Source: Polyangiaceae bacterium (GTDB taxonomy: Bacteria; Myxococcota_A; Polyangia; Polyangiales; Polyangiaceae). Taken from it: a stretch of 64,000 nt of DNA. A model generated the notes under the pieces. It saw only the letters and a list, made by a program, of their open reading frames with translations, searched no databases and was not told where the DNA came from. The position numbers were made by a program, and so were the translations under genes. Each line of letters begins with the position of its first letter. The stretch's first letter is position 1. Below are positions 9,738 through 19,417 of this stretch, in pieces. The stretch covers positions 154,830 through 218,829 of the forward strand of contig JBILLK010000016.1 of the NCBI GenBank assembly GCA_044376115.1. Direction: 5' to 3'.

Positions 9738-10859
9738 CTAAAGCTTCCCATTGGGCGCCTTCGCCACGTGGGCGATCATCTGCGCGAGCGTCGACGCCTC
9801 GCGGGCGAGCTGGGCCGGCGAGGGAGCGGTGGTCGCGGTATGCCCATACAGACCCGTGAGGTGCAGCGCCTGAAACGCGTCTGTGGCTAGACACTGCGCG
9901 AGCTTCTCCGACTCGGTGAAGGGGATCACATCGTCGTCGCGCCCGTGCACCACGATCACCTTGCAGCGTGCTCGTCGTGCTGCCGCGCGGCCGTCGAGAT
10001 ACGCGAGCCGCTGGCGCGCGCGTTCGAGCCCATCCTCGAGCCAGGCGTTGGCACCTTCGCTGAGGCAACAGCCGCGCAAGAACGGTTCTTGGAGATGCTC
10101 GGGAAGCGCCTGCGCGATGCGCTCGGCGTGGGGCCGGCGGCGGTCTTCCTGCTTGAGTTCAGTCTGACCCCAGGTGGCCTTGACCATCTCGATCCAAGCG
10201 TTGGCTAGTAGCGGCTTGTCGCTCACGTCGAGTTCGGGCAACAAGTTCAGGAACACCACCGGGGGATTCAGCGGGTCACGATGGGACTCGAAGGGCGCTG
10301 AGGACGGTTCACAACGACCCGTCACGGCGAAGCGCACCGTTGGAATGAACTCTGCGTAGCCGCCAAATAGCAACAGCGCGCCCGGCGGCTGCTCACTGCA
10401 CGCGAGCTCGAGCGCGAGGCGCGATCCAAAGCTGATCGAAAAGATGGCCGGCGCTGGGTGGCCACGTTGAGCGGCTTGCGCTTGGGCATAGGAAAGCGCC
10501 GCTCGCGCGTCATCGAAAGCTGAAGGCTCGAGCACGAGCGAGCTGAAGGAGCGAATGAACGGCGCCACTACACGAAAGCCGGAGGCCGCCAAGATGCGAC
10601 AAAAGCGATCCAACCGCGGATCATCTGGCCCCGCATAATGCAGGCCGGGCAACACCAAGTAGGTCGCCGTCGGCGCACGCGCGCCCTCGAAGATCAGCCC
10701 ACGCGTCGCGCCGAACTCTACCTCGATGCGCCGCACGCCTTGCGGCGTACGAGTGGCGCTCCACGGGCCGAGCCAATACGCGAGCCGCACGAAGGCCTCG
10801 TGCCACGCGCCGGGCTGCAGGCCTTCCGCAGCGCTCTCGAACCAGCGACGCAGCTTCAC
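9738..10859 (-). CDS. Alpha/beta hydrolase
   Basis: Nucleophile elbow SISFG, HGRDDDVIP, C-terminal GH; GTGA overlap with the upstream gene. Confidence 0.75.
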   Translation of the reverse strand: MKLRRWFESAAEGLQPGAWHEAFVRLAYWLGPWSATRTPQGVRRIEVEFGATRGLIFEGARAPTATYLVLPGLHYAGPDDPRLDRFCRILAASGFRVVAPFIRSFSSLVLEPSAFDDARAALSYAQAQAAQRGHPAPAIFSISFGSRLALELACSEQPPGALLLFGGYAEFIPTVRFAVTGRCEPSSAPFESHRDPLNPPVVFLNLLPELDVSDKPLLANAWIEMVKATWGQTELKQEDRRRPHAERIAQALPEHLQEPFLRGCCLSEGANAWLEDGLERARQRLAYLDGRAAARRARCKVIVVHGRDDDVIPFTESEKLAQCLATDAFQALHLTGLYGHTATTAPSPAQLAREASTLAQMIAHVAKAPNGKL

Positions 10860-11476
10860 TCGAACCAGCGCTCGGGAACCTCGTGGTTCATGAAGTGGAT
10901 GGTGTTGGGCGCCTTCAAGCTCGACCAAGCGGCGCTCAAGGGGCGCTCGGCGTCCCCAGCGACGAGCCCTTCACTCGCCGACCAGCTTGGTTTGGCGCCG
11001 GGAGCCAGCCCGTGCAGCCCGCTCTGCAACGCGCCGATGATGAAGGTATGGCCGGCCACGCGAGCGTTCAATTCGCTCGCGCAGCGTTCGGCGAAGCGTT
11101 GTCCGCGTTGCGCCCCGAAGGTCTCGCAGGTTCTGAACCACAAGAGCGGGGCGGTTGCCTTTGCCATACGTTGGGCCAGTCGAGACAGCCCTTCACGATG
11201 CGCATGACCGCGGGAGAATGAGTTCTCCGACAGCACGTCCTCCGCAATGCGCGCTGTTCCCCAGTTGCCGTGGCCCCAAAATTGGACCTCGCGGATGGCA
11301 ACGTCGCCGCGAACCGAAGCGAGCCACGCCAGGGCCTCCGTCCAACTCTTGGCGCCGAAGCTCTCATCTACCCAGCCGAGCGAGCGATAGAGGTCAGCTC
11401 CCACCGACCACGCGCTGCGTAAGGCTTTTTCCCCGGCTTTCGGAGTCCCATCGAAGACCAACAATCGAACGCCCAC
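10856..11476 (-). CDS. Hypothetical protein with GHG...C motif (DUF4347-like / caspase-fold peptidase-like)
   Basis: VQFWGHG and LWFRTCET; translationally coupled to the hydrolase. Confidence 0.55.
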   Translation of the reverse strand: MGVRLLVFDGTPKAGEKALRSAWSVGADLYRSLGWVDESFGAKSWTEALAWLASVRGDVAIREVQFWGHGNWGTARIAEDVLSENSFSRGHAHREGLSRLAQRMAKATAPLLWFRTCETFGAQRGQRFAERCASELNARVAGHTFIIGALQSGLHGLAPGAKPSWSASEGLVAGDAERPLSAAWSSLKAPNTIHFMNHEVPERWFE

Positions 11477-11606
11477 GTAGGCGTCGTAGCAAGGTCTCGG
11501 CGTTCCGGCCAGCCGCGCCTGAGGCAACTCGATGGGCTCCTTAATCGGCCTTAAACGAGCAGGCGCCTGGCTTGGCGGGCTGGATCTCGCATGGTACCGC
11601 TTGGCG

Positions 11607-12221
11607 ATGATGGCATTGCGCGCGTTGCGGTTTTCCCCGGCATGGATCGCGGCTTCGTTGCTTGCGACAGCAACCGGCTGCGAGCCCGAGCTTGAGATCG
11701 GCGACCATCAGCTGCTGGTCGGCGTTGCGGACAGCGATGCGCAAGCGACCTCGGTGGCCCTCTCGGTCGAGCAAGGTCAGATCGTCGCTTACGCCTGCGG
11801 TGAACAGGCTTCGCTCGAGTCGAATACCGGTTGGTTCGAAGGCGAGCTCGCGGAGGACGGCTCCTTCGACGTGAGCGCCAAGGGCTTGCGTCTACGCGGA
11901 CGTGTGCAGGGCGATGAAGCCGAGGGCACGCTTCAGAACCGCGCAGGTGTCCTGCTCTCCTGGCACGCCGAACGCAGTCAGCCCGAGCTGCTTGGCGGTC
12001 TCTTCATCGCGGGCGGTACAGGCTGCAGTACGGGCGTGATCGTGCACCCCAGCGAGCCTGGACAAGCCCCGTCGCTGCGAGGTAGCGCTTGCCGCGAGGA
12101 TGGCACCCGCACGCAGGTCACGCCGGTCCACCCGGAGGCGATCTCCCAACTCGGCTTCGTCGTAAGCTTCCAAGATGGCCCAGGCCAGAAGCTCGCCATC
12201 GTCAATCGCCTGCAACCCTGA
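11607..12221 (+). CDS. Putative lipoprotein
   Basis: Hydrophobic N-terminus ending ATGC; beta-rich body; start uncertain. Confidence 0.6.
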   Translation: MMALRALRFSPAWIAASLLATATGCEPELEIGDHQLLVGVADSDAQATSVALSVEQGQIVAYACGEQASLESNTGWFEGELAEDGSFDVSAKGLRLRGRVQGDEAEGTLQNRAGVLLSWHAERSQPELLGGLFIAGGTGCSTGVIVHPSEPGQAPSLRGSACREDGTRTQVTPVHPEAISQLGFVVSFQDGPGQKLAIVNRLQP

Positions 12222-12229
12222 GCGCTCGT

Positions 12230-14803
12230 TTGAAGCCTGAATTCTTTGCTTCGCCCTCGCGGCTGATCGGGCGGACGTCCGAGTGCGCCGAGCTCGAGCA
12301 GCTGTTGCACGAACATCGCGTGGTCACGCTGTGGGGGCCGGCGGGCATGGGGAAGAGCCGCTTGGCGATGCACCTGGCAGAGCGCGCTGAGGGGCGTGGC
12401 GAGCCCGCAGTGTTCGCCGAGCTGGCCAATGTGCATGACCGCGAAGGCCTGGTGAGTGCGCTTGCGCACGCCTTGGATTTGGGCGCCCCGCACGGGCCGC
12501 GCGCACACGCCGCCGAGTTTTTGCGTCGCGGTCTCGAGAAGCGCGCTCCAGCGCTGTTGGTCTGGGACAACGTCGAGCAAATCACCGAAGTCGCTGCAAC
12601 CTTGCTGGCCGAATTGCATAGAGGTGCCGGCCGTACGCGCTTTCTTCTCACCACGCGTGAGCTTCTGCGCATCGCGCCGGAGCGCGCGTATGAGCTCTTG
12701 CCGTTGGGCCTCCCGGTCGTCGGTGAAGACCCGCTCGCTTCCGACGCCGTGCGCCTGTTGGTGGAGCGCGGCCAAGCTGCAGGCGGCAGCGAGGCCATTC
12801 CGAGTGGCGATCTCGAAGGACTCGGGCAGATCGTTACCGAGCTGGAGGGCGTACCCCTGGCGATCGAGCTCGCAGCGGCTCGGTTGGGGGTCTTGGGTGT
12901 GCGCGGCCTGACAGCGCGTTTGGGTCGCAAGTTGGATGTACTCTCGCGTGGGCGGCGCGATATGCCCAGTCGGCAGTCGAGCTTACGTGGCGCGGTTGCT
13001 TGGAGCTGGGAGCTCTTGACGACCCGCGAACGAACGCTGCTCTCGGCTTGTTCGGTCTTTCGCGGGAGCTTCGATCTCGAGGCGGCCGTCTCCGTCGCAC
13101 AAGGCGGCGATGCCGAGCTCAAAAGCGACGACGTGATCGACTGTTTGGGCGAGCTGCGCGACAAATCGTTGCTGCGTGCCCACCGTGAGCCTGGCCGCTT
13201 GGCGCTGTTCGAGAGCACGCGCGCGTTCGCCGAGGAGTTGCAAGAAGAGGCGGCGGCGAGCCGCGTTTCGGCGGCCCACTTGAACTTCTACGAAGCCCGA
13301 GCACGGGCTGGGCGATGCGCCGACGACGACCTCGAGAACTTCTCGCACGCCGCGCGTGCAGCGCTGCGTGAGTCGCGGCTCGAGGCGGCGCTCGAGCTGA
13401 CCGTGGCAGTGGATGCCATCGTCTCGCGCAGAGGCCCGTTTGGCCATCACTTGGCGCTGCTCGATCAAGTGGTCGAGGCCGTCGGCACAGGCTCGGTCGA
13501 CCTCAAGTTGGTGGCAGCCGTGCTGGTCGCACGAGGGCAGGCCCACGCGATGGCTGGGCGGGCCAACGAGGCTGCGCGCGACTTCGATCGTGCGACAGCT
13601 ACGGTCTCGCAGAGCAGCGACGACCGACTTTTGACCGAGGTGTTGCTCAAGCGCGGGCTCTTCTTGCATCGCGAGCGTCGCCTCGATGAGGCCACCGTCT
13701 CGTATGAACGCGCGGCGGAGCTGCTCGTGCGCCGCGGGGACGCCGTAGGGCATGGGCGCGCAGTCGGTAACTTGGGAGCTGTCTCGCATGACCGAGGCGA
13801 TCTTGCCGAGGCAGCGCGCCGCTACGAAGAGGCCATCAGTATTTTGCGACGAGCTGGGGAACGACGCATCGCCGCGACCTTGGAAGGCAACTTCGGCCTG
13901 CTCGAACAAGAGCGCGGCGCGCTCGAGTTGGCGCGCGTGCGCTTTGAGCGAGCGGTAAGCGAGCTCGAGGCGGTCGGTGAGCGGCGCTTGTTGGCCATCG
14001 CGATCGGTAACTTGGGAGCGCTATCGCACGAGGCCGAGCGACTTGACGACGCGCTTCGACACGAAGAGCGCGCCTTGCGGTTGCTCGCCGGGCTCGGGGA
14101 CAAACGCTCCGAAGCGATCGCTCGTTCGCGACTCGGAGCGGTGCTCGCGGATCTCGAGCGCCTCGACGAAGGGGAGGCTTCACTCGCTGCGGCGCGCAGG
14201 CTGCTGCTCGATACCGAAGACCACCTCGCGCACGGCATCGTCGACATTCACGAGGCCTTCATCGAGTTAGCGCGCGGTCGCAGCTCCTACACTGAGGGCG
14301 ACGCTCCGCGCGGTAGCGCCTTCTTCGAGCTGGTGCGATCGCGCATCGCCTCGGCCTTGGTGGAGGGGAGGGACGGCATCTCGGCGGCGGGGAGCAGCGA
14401 TGACGTGCGAGTCGCGGTGCGTATCCTCGAGCGCGGCTTGGTACGCGCGGTCGCAAGCCAGACGCACGCACCGCTGGTGTTGATCGTCGAGCGTGAGGCG
14501 CGTTGGTTTCGCATTGGTGCGGGGGCCGTCGAGTGGCTCGATAAGCGCAGAGCGCCGCGTCTGCTGCTCTTGGCGCTGGCCAAGCTACGCGAACAAGCGC
14601 CGGGCCTGGCGCTCGACGGGGAGGCGCTCTTTGCCGCCGGCTGGCCGGGCGAACGCGTGCTCGCCGAAGCGCAGGAGAATCGCGTCAACGTAGCGCTGGC
14701 GTTCCTGCGTCGCGGCTCGTTGCGACCGCTCTTGATCAAGGGCGAAGGCGGTTACCAGCTCGATGCGAACGTGCCTGTTTTGTGGTCGGATCGCGAGCCG
14801 TAG
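12230..14803 (+). CDS. STAND/NB-ARC-type ATPase with TPR repeats and C-terminal winged-helix-like domain
   Basis: Walker A GPAGMGKS, LVWDNVE, TTRE, GVPLAIELAAARL, GNLG TPR units, WPGE..GGYQL tail; start uncertain. Confidence 0.85.
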   Translation: MKPEFFASPSRLIGRTSECAELEQLLHEHRVVTLWGPAGMGKSRLAMHLAERAEGRGEPAVFAELANVHDREGLVSALAHALDLGAPHGPRAHAAEFLRRGLEKRAPALLVWDNVEQITEVAATLLAELHRGAGRTRFLLTTRELLRIAPERAYELLPLGLPVVGEDPLASDAVRLLVERGQAAGGSEAIPSGDLEGLGQIVTELEGVPLAIELAAARLGVLGVRGLTARLGRKLDVLSRGRRDMPSRQSSLRGAVAWSWELLTTRERTLLSACSVFRGSFDLEAAVSVAQGGDAELKSDDVIDCLGELRDKSLLRAHREPGRLALFESTRAFAEELQEEAAASRVSAAHLNFYEARARAGRCADDDLENFSHAARAALRESRLEAALELTVAVDAIVSRRGPFGHHLALLDQVVEAVGTGSVDLKLVAAVLVARGQAHAMAGRANEAARDFDRATATVSQSSDDRLLTEVLLKRGLFLHRERRLDEATVSYERAAELLVRRGDAVGHGRAVGNLGAVSHDRGDLAEAARRYEEAISILRRAGERRIAATLEGNFGLLEQERGALELARVRFERAVSELEAVGERRLLAIAIGNLGALSHEAERLDDALRHEERALRLLAGLGDKRSEAIARSRLGAVLADLERLDEGEASLAAARRLLLDTEDHLAHGIVDIHEAFIELARGRSSYTEGDAPRGSAFFELVRSRIASALVEGRDGISAAGSSDDVRVAVRILERGLVRAVASQTHAPLVLIVEREARWFRIGAGAVEWLDKRRAPRLLLLALAKLREQAPGLALDGEALFAAGWPGERVLAEAQENRVNVALAFLRRGSLRPLLIKGEGGYQLDANVPVLWSDREP

Positions 14804-14809
14804 CCGCGC

Positions 14810-17371
14810 TCAGCGCACGATGCGCGCGATCGCCACCGACTTGAGCGCTGCTGCATGCGACTCGTATTGGTCGGCTTGGAAGTGCGCCTCGACCAGCGTC
14901 CGCATCCGCAAGCGACGAAAGAGCGGAAGCTTCTTCCCCAGTGCCTCCGGGAGATAGATCGGTATCCCGTTGGAGCTCCCGGCGAAGAAGAACTCCCCGC
15001 GAATATGCGGATCTCCAAACACGTTGCGCTTTTGGAAGCTACGCCGATCGAGCAGCGCTCGTTCGGTTTGGTCATCGAGGAAGGTCGGCCCCACCACGCG
15101 ATCGCTGTTGAGGAAGGCCTCACGAATGCGCCCGCTCATCGACGCAGCGACCTCGGGCGAGGCCACCAAGCCCGGCGCACCGAGGAAAGCCGTGCCGGCC
15201 TCGATATGCTTCTTGAGCGGTTCATCGGTTCCAGCGAAGGGCAGCGCCGTGGCGATGGTGGCCTTCAGCATCTCGATCTCGTCGAAGTCGAAGCGCACTT
15301 CGCCCAAGAGCAGCAATAACTGCGGAGCGAAACGCCCGTCGGAGCGCACTGCGTCGAGCAGCGCATTATCGACCGAGTCGAGGCCGCTCGGTGTACCGCG
15401 CGCGATCACCTCATACACCTCGCGACGGTCTTCCATATCCGAAGGATCATCGCTGGCCGCGCCTTCATCCACCTCCGGATCGAAGCGACCTTGCTCGAGC
15501 TTATCGAGCAGCTTCTTCCATTCGGGCCGCCGACGAATGCGCGGAGCGATCTCCGGGTTGAACCAAATCAGATGCAGGACGTCCCCTTCGATCACGCGCG
15601 GTGCCGCCGGTACAGCGCCGGGACGTTTTGGATCGGCGGCAGCGTTGGACGCGCCGACCAAGCCGGTCAACGCGGCCGCAGAAGCGTGCGTTGGCAGCAC
15701 CGCAGGGGGCGCGAGCGGCGCTCCCACCGGCGCAGGAGCCGCCAAGGCGGCGCTGCTCGCACCGATGATCGAAGGGCCGGGAGGCGGCGGTGCTACCCCC
15801 GGCATCGCCATCGGTGGGACGGTCTTGATCTCGTTCGCGCGGTAGGGCTCGGCGAAGGTTGGCGGTGGAGGTTGGGGCGCGGGCGCTGCGGCTGGTGCAA
15901 AGGCCGGAGGGAAGGCTGGCGGCGAGAACCCTGGTTTGACCATGGTTGCCGTCCCGGGGGCGATCATCGTCGCAGGCCCCGAGGAAGCGATCATCGTCGC
16001 AGGCCCCGAGGAAGCGATCATCGTCGCAGGCCCGGCGGAGGTCGCAGCGGCCACCGGCGGCCCGAGCCCGGGTTGCCACGAGAACGCTGGCGGCTTCGCG
16101 GGTTCGGGGAAGGGGGGCTCGGTGCCCGTTGGAAGTGGCGGTGGCAATGAACCCTCGTTGAAGGGAAGCCCACCGCGCCGAGCTGCGCTCTGAAACGGTA
16201 GCCCGGCGGCGGACAGCCCGGGCGCGCTCGTCTTTTCGGGCGCAAGAAACTCCTTGGCAGCGGTGTGCTGCTCGAGGCTGTCGAGCATGGTCTCTCGGCC
16301 GCTGGGCAAGGAGAGCGCGGCCAGGTGCTGCGTTACTTCGGAGTGTCGCTCGAGCGCTGGTGCTTCTTGAGCGCGCTCTTGCGGCTGGGTTTCATGTTGG
16401 ACGGTGCGCCAGCTGGTCGTCGCTTTGTCGAGCTCGGTCTTTACGCGAAACGTCTCTGCCGGATGCTCGATCGGAAAGTGACCGCGGAAGGTCAACATCA
16501 AGAGACCGCGATCGGTGTCGATCCAAACCGTATCTGCGCGCAGCTTCGGTCGTTCGCTGCCACCGCGGCGCTCCACCATCACGCGCGGTCGCAACCCCGG
16601 GAGTTGCGCGCCGACCAAAGGATGCTCGCGATGGAGGTTCTCGAGCAGCAGCGCGCCGTCATCGGGGATCTCGTCGCACTGTTGATCGAGCGGTGCGACG
16701 TTGAAGAACCCGAAGTCGAACTTGTCTGGGATCGGCTCGCTAGCGAGCGACTCGAGCACCGGCGGTGTTCGCCCAAAGGGCAGATAGGCCGTTCGCTGCG
16801 GCCAGTTCTGCCCGACGGGGCCCAAGCCGATCGGATCGAACGGGCCGTTCATGTCCTCGGCGCGTCCAACCGCGACCATGTTCGGCAACACCGAGCGACC
16901 GTACGAATCCCGCGCGCCGTGACGGATGCCGACGGGGTTCGCCGTTCCGACTCCGCCCGCTGCACGTTCATACGCCGTCGACATCCGCACGAAGCGTTGT
17001 CCCTGGTAGATGGTGCCGTCTGCACCGATCGATCGGTCCATCACCAGCTCCACCGATTTGTCGATCGACTCGAATCCGACGCGCGCGACGAGCGAGCGAA
17101 CAGGCTTTGCTCCCGGCGCAAAAGCGTGGCCCACCACGACCACGTCGCACTTCGACTTGGAGGGGATGACGTCACACGCGGAAGTCAACGAGCGGTTGGG
17201 ATCATCGTTCCAAAACGCATCGTGAAAAGAGATCGGCTCTTGTGCGTCGGCCAGCGCGAGCTCTGTCGGGCGAATGACGAAGGTGAGCTTCGATACAACG
17301 GTGACCCAGTACGTCGCTGGTCGAGGTTGCCAGACCAACGTGGATACGGGCAGAGCCGAACTCTCGACCAT
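14810..17371 (-). CDS. DUF2169 family protein with Pro-rich linker and extra C-terminal domain
   Basis: VVSKLTF, PSKSKCDVVVVGHA, YERAAGG..NPVG, FFNVAP.DQ, DTVWIDTD. Confidence 0.85.
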   Translation of the reverse strand: MVESSALPVSTLVWQPRPATYWVTVVSKLTFVIRPTELALADAQEPISFHDAFWNDDPNRSLTSACDVIPSKSKCDVVVVGHAFAPGAKPVRSLVARVGFESIDKSVELVMDRSIGADGTIYQGQRFVRMSTAYERAAGGVGTANPVGIRHGARDSYGRSVLPNMVAVGRAEDMNGPFDPIGLGPVGQNWPQRTAYLPFGRTPPVLESLASEPIPDKFDFGFFNVAPLDQQCDEIPDDGALLLENLHREHPLVGAQLPGLRPRVMVERRGGSERPKLRADTVWIDTDRGLLMLTFRGHFPIEHPAETFRVKTELDKATTSWRTVQHETQPQERAQEAPALERHSEVTQHLAALSLPSGRETMLDSLEQHTAAKEFLAPEKTSAPGLSAAGLPFQSAARRGGLPFNEGSLPPPLPTGTEPPFPEPAKPPAFSWQPGLGPPVAAATSAGPATMIASSGPATMIASSGPATMIAPGTATMVKPGFSPPAFPPAFAPAAAPAPQPPPPTFAEPYRANEIKTVPPMAMPGVAPPPPGPSIIGASSAALAAPAPVGAPLAPPAVLPTHASAAALTGLVGASNAAADPKRPGAVPAAPRVIEGDVLHLIWFNPEIAPRIRRRPEWKKLLDKLEQGRFDPEVDEGAASDDPSDMEDRREVYEVIARGTPSGLDSVDNALLDAVRSDGRFAPQLLLLLGEVRFDFDEIEMLKATIATALPFAGTDEPLKKHIEAGTAFLGAPGLVASPEVAASMSGRIREAFLNSDRVVGPTFLDDQTERALLDRRSFQKRNVFGDPHIRGEFFFAGSSNGIPIYLPEALGKKLPLFRRLRMRTLVEAHFQADQYESHAAALKSVAIARIVR
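15960..16040. repeat. 27-bp tandem repeat (about 3 copies) encoding SSGPATMIA
   Basis: GCGATCATCGTCGCAGGCCC recurs with a 27-nt period in the DUF2169 linker. Confidence 0.9.
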
Positions 17372-17474
17372 CGATTCAATCTTCCTGGGAGCGGTTACAA
17401 CGCTGGTTGCTGCAACGAGACGAACCTCGCAACACTAACAACGCTCGCGGCGCGCGTCATGCTCGATGCTGGGC

Positions 17475-17969
17475 TCAGCTCGGTGTTTGCACCGGAGCGA
17501 CCCGCTCGAACCCAACGCCGAGCAGCCCACCATCCGCACGCTCGACCAGCGCGCCAAAGCGGCACTTCTCGCGCAGCACACACGCGACTTCATTGCCCGC
17601 CGTCTCACCCGGCGGGAGCACCAACAGCTCATCCCCCTCGCGCATCGCTGCAAAGCGTTGCACCGAGTCGGAGAGCTTCTGTAGCGGCTCCGGTGTCGAC
17701 CCCAAAGCCGGAAATAACTGATCGCTGGTCGTACGTCGCACGAGCCCGCGCTCAAAGAGTACGTCGGTGCGCCCACGGAGCGTGAACAACACCACGCCTA
17801 GGCGGCGCTCGTCACCTGCTTGCAATTGCACCACCCGCCCCGGCGGAGGTAGTTCGCTCGCATCGACGAGACGCCCACCGAGCCGCTCGCGCAGTTGCTC
17901 CACCGTTGGCACACTGCTGCTCGTGCTGAGCTCCTTCAGCAAGGGAAGCGACAGCCGTTTGACCATCAA
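17475..17969 (-). CDS. Hypothetical protein
   Basis: Overlaps the kinase stop; plausible composition. Confidence 0.6.
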   Translation of the reverse strand: MMVKRLSLPLLKELSTSSSVPTVEQLRERLGGRLVDASELPPPGRVVQLQAGDERRLGVVLFTLRGRTDVLFERGLVRRTTSDQLFPALGSTPEPLQKLSDSVQRFAAMREGDELLVLPPGETAGNEVACVLREKCRFGALVERADGGLLGVGFERVAPVQTPS

Positions 17970-19363
17970 TTGCGGTCTCGGAAGGGATCGAAACCGCCCC
18001 CGGTAGGCGGCGCTTTCACCGTCGGCGCAGGCGCTGCTTCCGAGGTCTTTTGTGGGCGCGCGCTAGGGATCGGACCGGGGCGCCCAGTCTTGACCGCTGG
18101 CGCGCTCACACTGGTCGTACTGGTCGCGCTGCTGACGGGGACGATCACTGGCGTTGCTGTCGCTGACGCCGCGGCTCCACTGCGTGCCGCCCGAGCGGCC
18201 AGCGAAGTGTCGAGCATTGGCTGCAAGGCCAGCACCGTACCGGTCGGTGTCTTCGAGCTGCGATAAGCCGATACAGCGAGTCCGACGAGCACTGTCGTAA
18301 CCACCAAGAGCCCAGCTAGTGCTATCGAGAAAAGCCTTGTTTTTGCGCGCTTCGTTTCGACCGTGCCGTCATTCCAAAAGGCTGCGCTGGTGACCGGATC
18401 CGAGCGCCGCGTGTCCACCCAACGCTGGGCGCGCGCCGTGGTTCCTACGCCGCGAGCGCCGGCCCACGGCTCGAGCACCCGCGCCAGCTCGGCCACCGTT
18501 TGAAAACGTTGGTTCGGATCTTTGGCCAAACACTTCGCGATCATTGCGTCGAAATGCGCCCCCAAGCGTGGGTTCACCACCGAAGGCGGCGGCGGATCAC
18601 GCTCGAGGATCTGCGCCGTAATGTGCGAGACGGTATTGCCGCCAAACGCTGGCCGGCCGGTGAGCAGCTCATACAAGATTGTGCCGAGAGACCAAACGTC
18701 GGCGCGCGAATCAACATCGCCCGACGAGCGGATTTGCTCGGGCGACATGTAGAGCGGCGTGCCCAGCGCGACCGCTGTCAGCGTTTGCACCAAGAGCTGC
18801 TCATCATCCTGCACCAGGCTCTTGGCGATGCCGAAGTCGAGCACCTTCACCAGCGGTGAGCCGTCCGGCTTGTTGGTGAGAAACAGGTTGGAGGGCTTGA
18901 GATCGCGGTGGACCATGCCCTGCGCGTGGACCTCGGCCATGCCCTCACAGGCCTGCAAAATGAAGAGCGCCGCCAAGCTCGGCTCCAGCGCTCCGCGACG
19001 CAATACCGCCGAGAGGTCGGCGCCATTGAGCAGCTCCATCACGATGATCGGCCGGCCCTGATGCTGGGCTACCTCGATCACCCGCACGCTGTTTTCCCCG
19101 CGCACCGAGGCCGCTGCGCGACCTTCGTTCAAGAAGCGCCCTACTGCCTCCTGATTGGCTAGGTGCTTCGCGTGCAGGATCTTGAGGGCAACCGTGGCTC
19201 CAGGAGGCAGATTTTGCGATGCCTCGGGCGAGGCCAGGTGGCGCGCCTCGAATACCGTTCCCATACCTCCACGGCCGATTGGCCGCGTGATCTCGAAACG
19301 ACCGGCGACAACGTCACCGACGTTGACGGTCTCATCCGAGGGGTCAGCGGTCTGGGTCCACAA
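17966..19363 (-). CDS. Ser/Thr protein kinase with TM helix
   Basis: GRGGMG, VALK, HRDLKPSN, DFG, YMSPEQ, DVWSLG; TM segment. Confidence 0.95.
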   Translation of the reverse strand: MWTQTADPSDETVNVGDVVAGRFEITRPIGRGGMGTVFEARHLASPEASQNLPPGATVALKILHAKHLANQEAVGRFLNEGRAAASVRGENSVRVIEVAQHQGRPIIVMELLNGADLSAVLRRGALEPSLAALFILQACEGMAEVHAQGMVHRDLKPSNLFLTNKPDGSPLVKVLDFGIAKSLVQDDEQLLVQTLTAVALGTPLYMSPEQIRSSGDVDSRADVWSLGTILYELLTGRPAFGGNTVSHITAQILERDPPPPSVVNPRLGAHFDAMIAKCLAKDPNQRFQTVAELARVLEPWAGARGVGTTARAQRWVDTRRSDPVTSAAFWNDGTVETKRAKTRLFSIALAGLLVVTTVLVGLAVSAYRSSKTPTGTVLALQPMLDTSLAARAARSGAAASATATPVIVPVSSATSTTSVSAPAVKTGRPGPIPSARPQKTSEAAPAPTVKAPPTGGGFDPFRDRN

Positions 19364-19417
19364 ATCGCTCCAAGTTTCGCACGTTTCAGCACGTGGGCGA
19401 GCGCTCTTTGTGCGGCT

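Noticed and set aside
12230..14803. Avs-type antiphage STAND system
   Set aside because: No nuclease, protease, TIR or SIR2 effector domain visible; the architecture fits common regulators.
16265..17785. Long antisense ORFs (this one, 19589-20941, 37945-39354 and similar)
   Set aside because: Typical high-GC shadow frames opposite well-supported genes, with no motifs.
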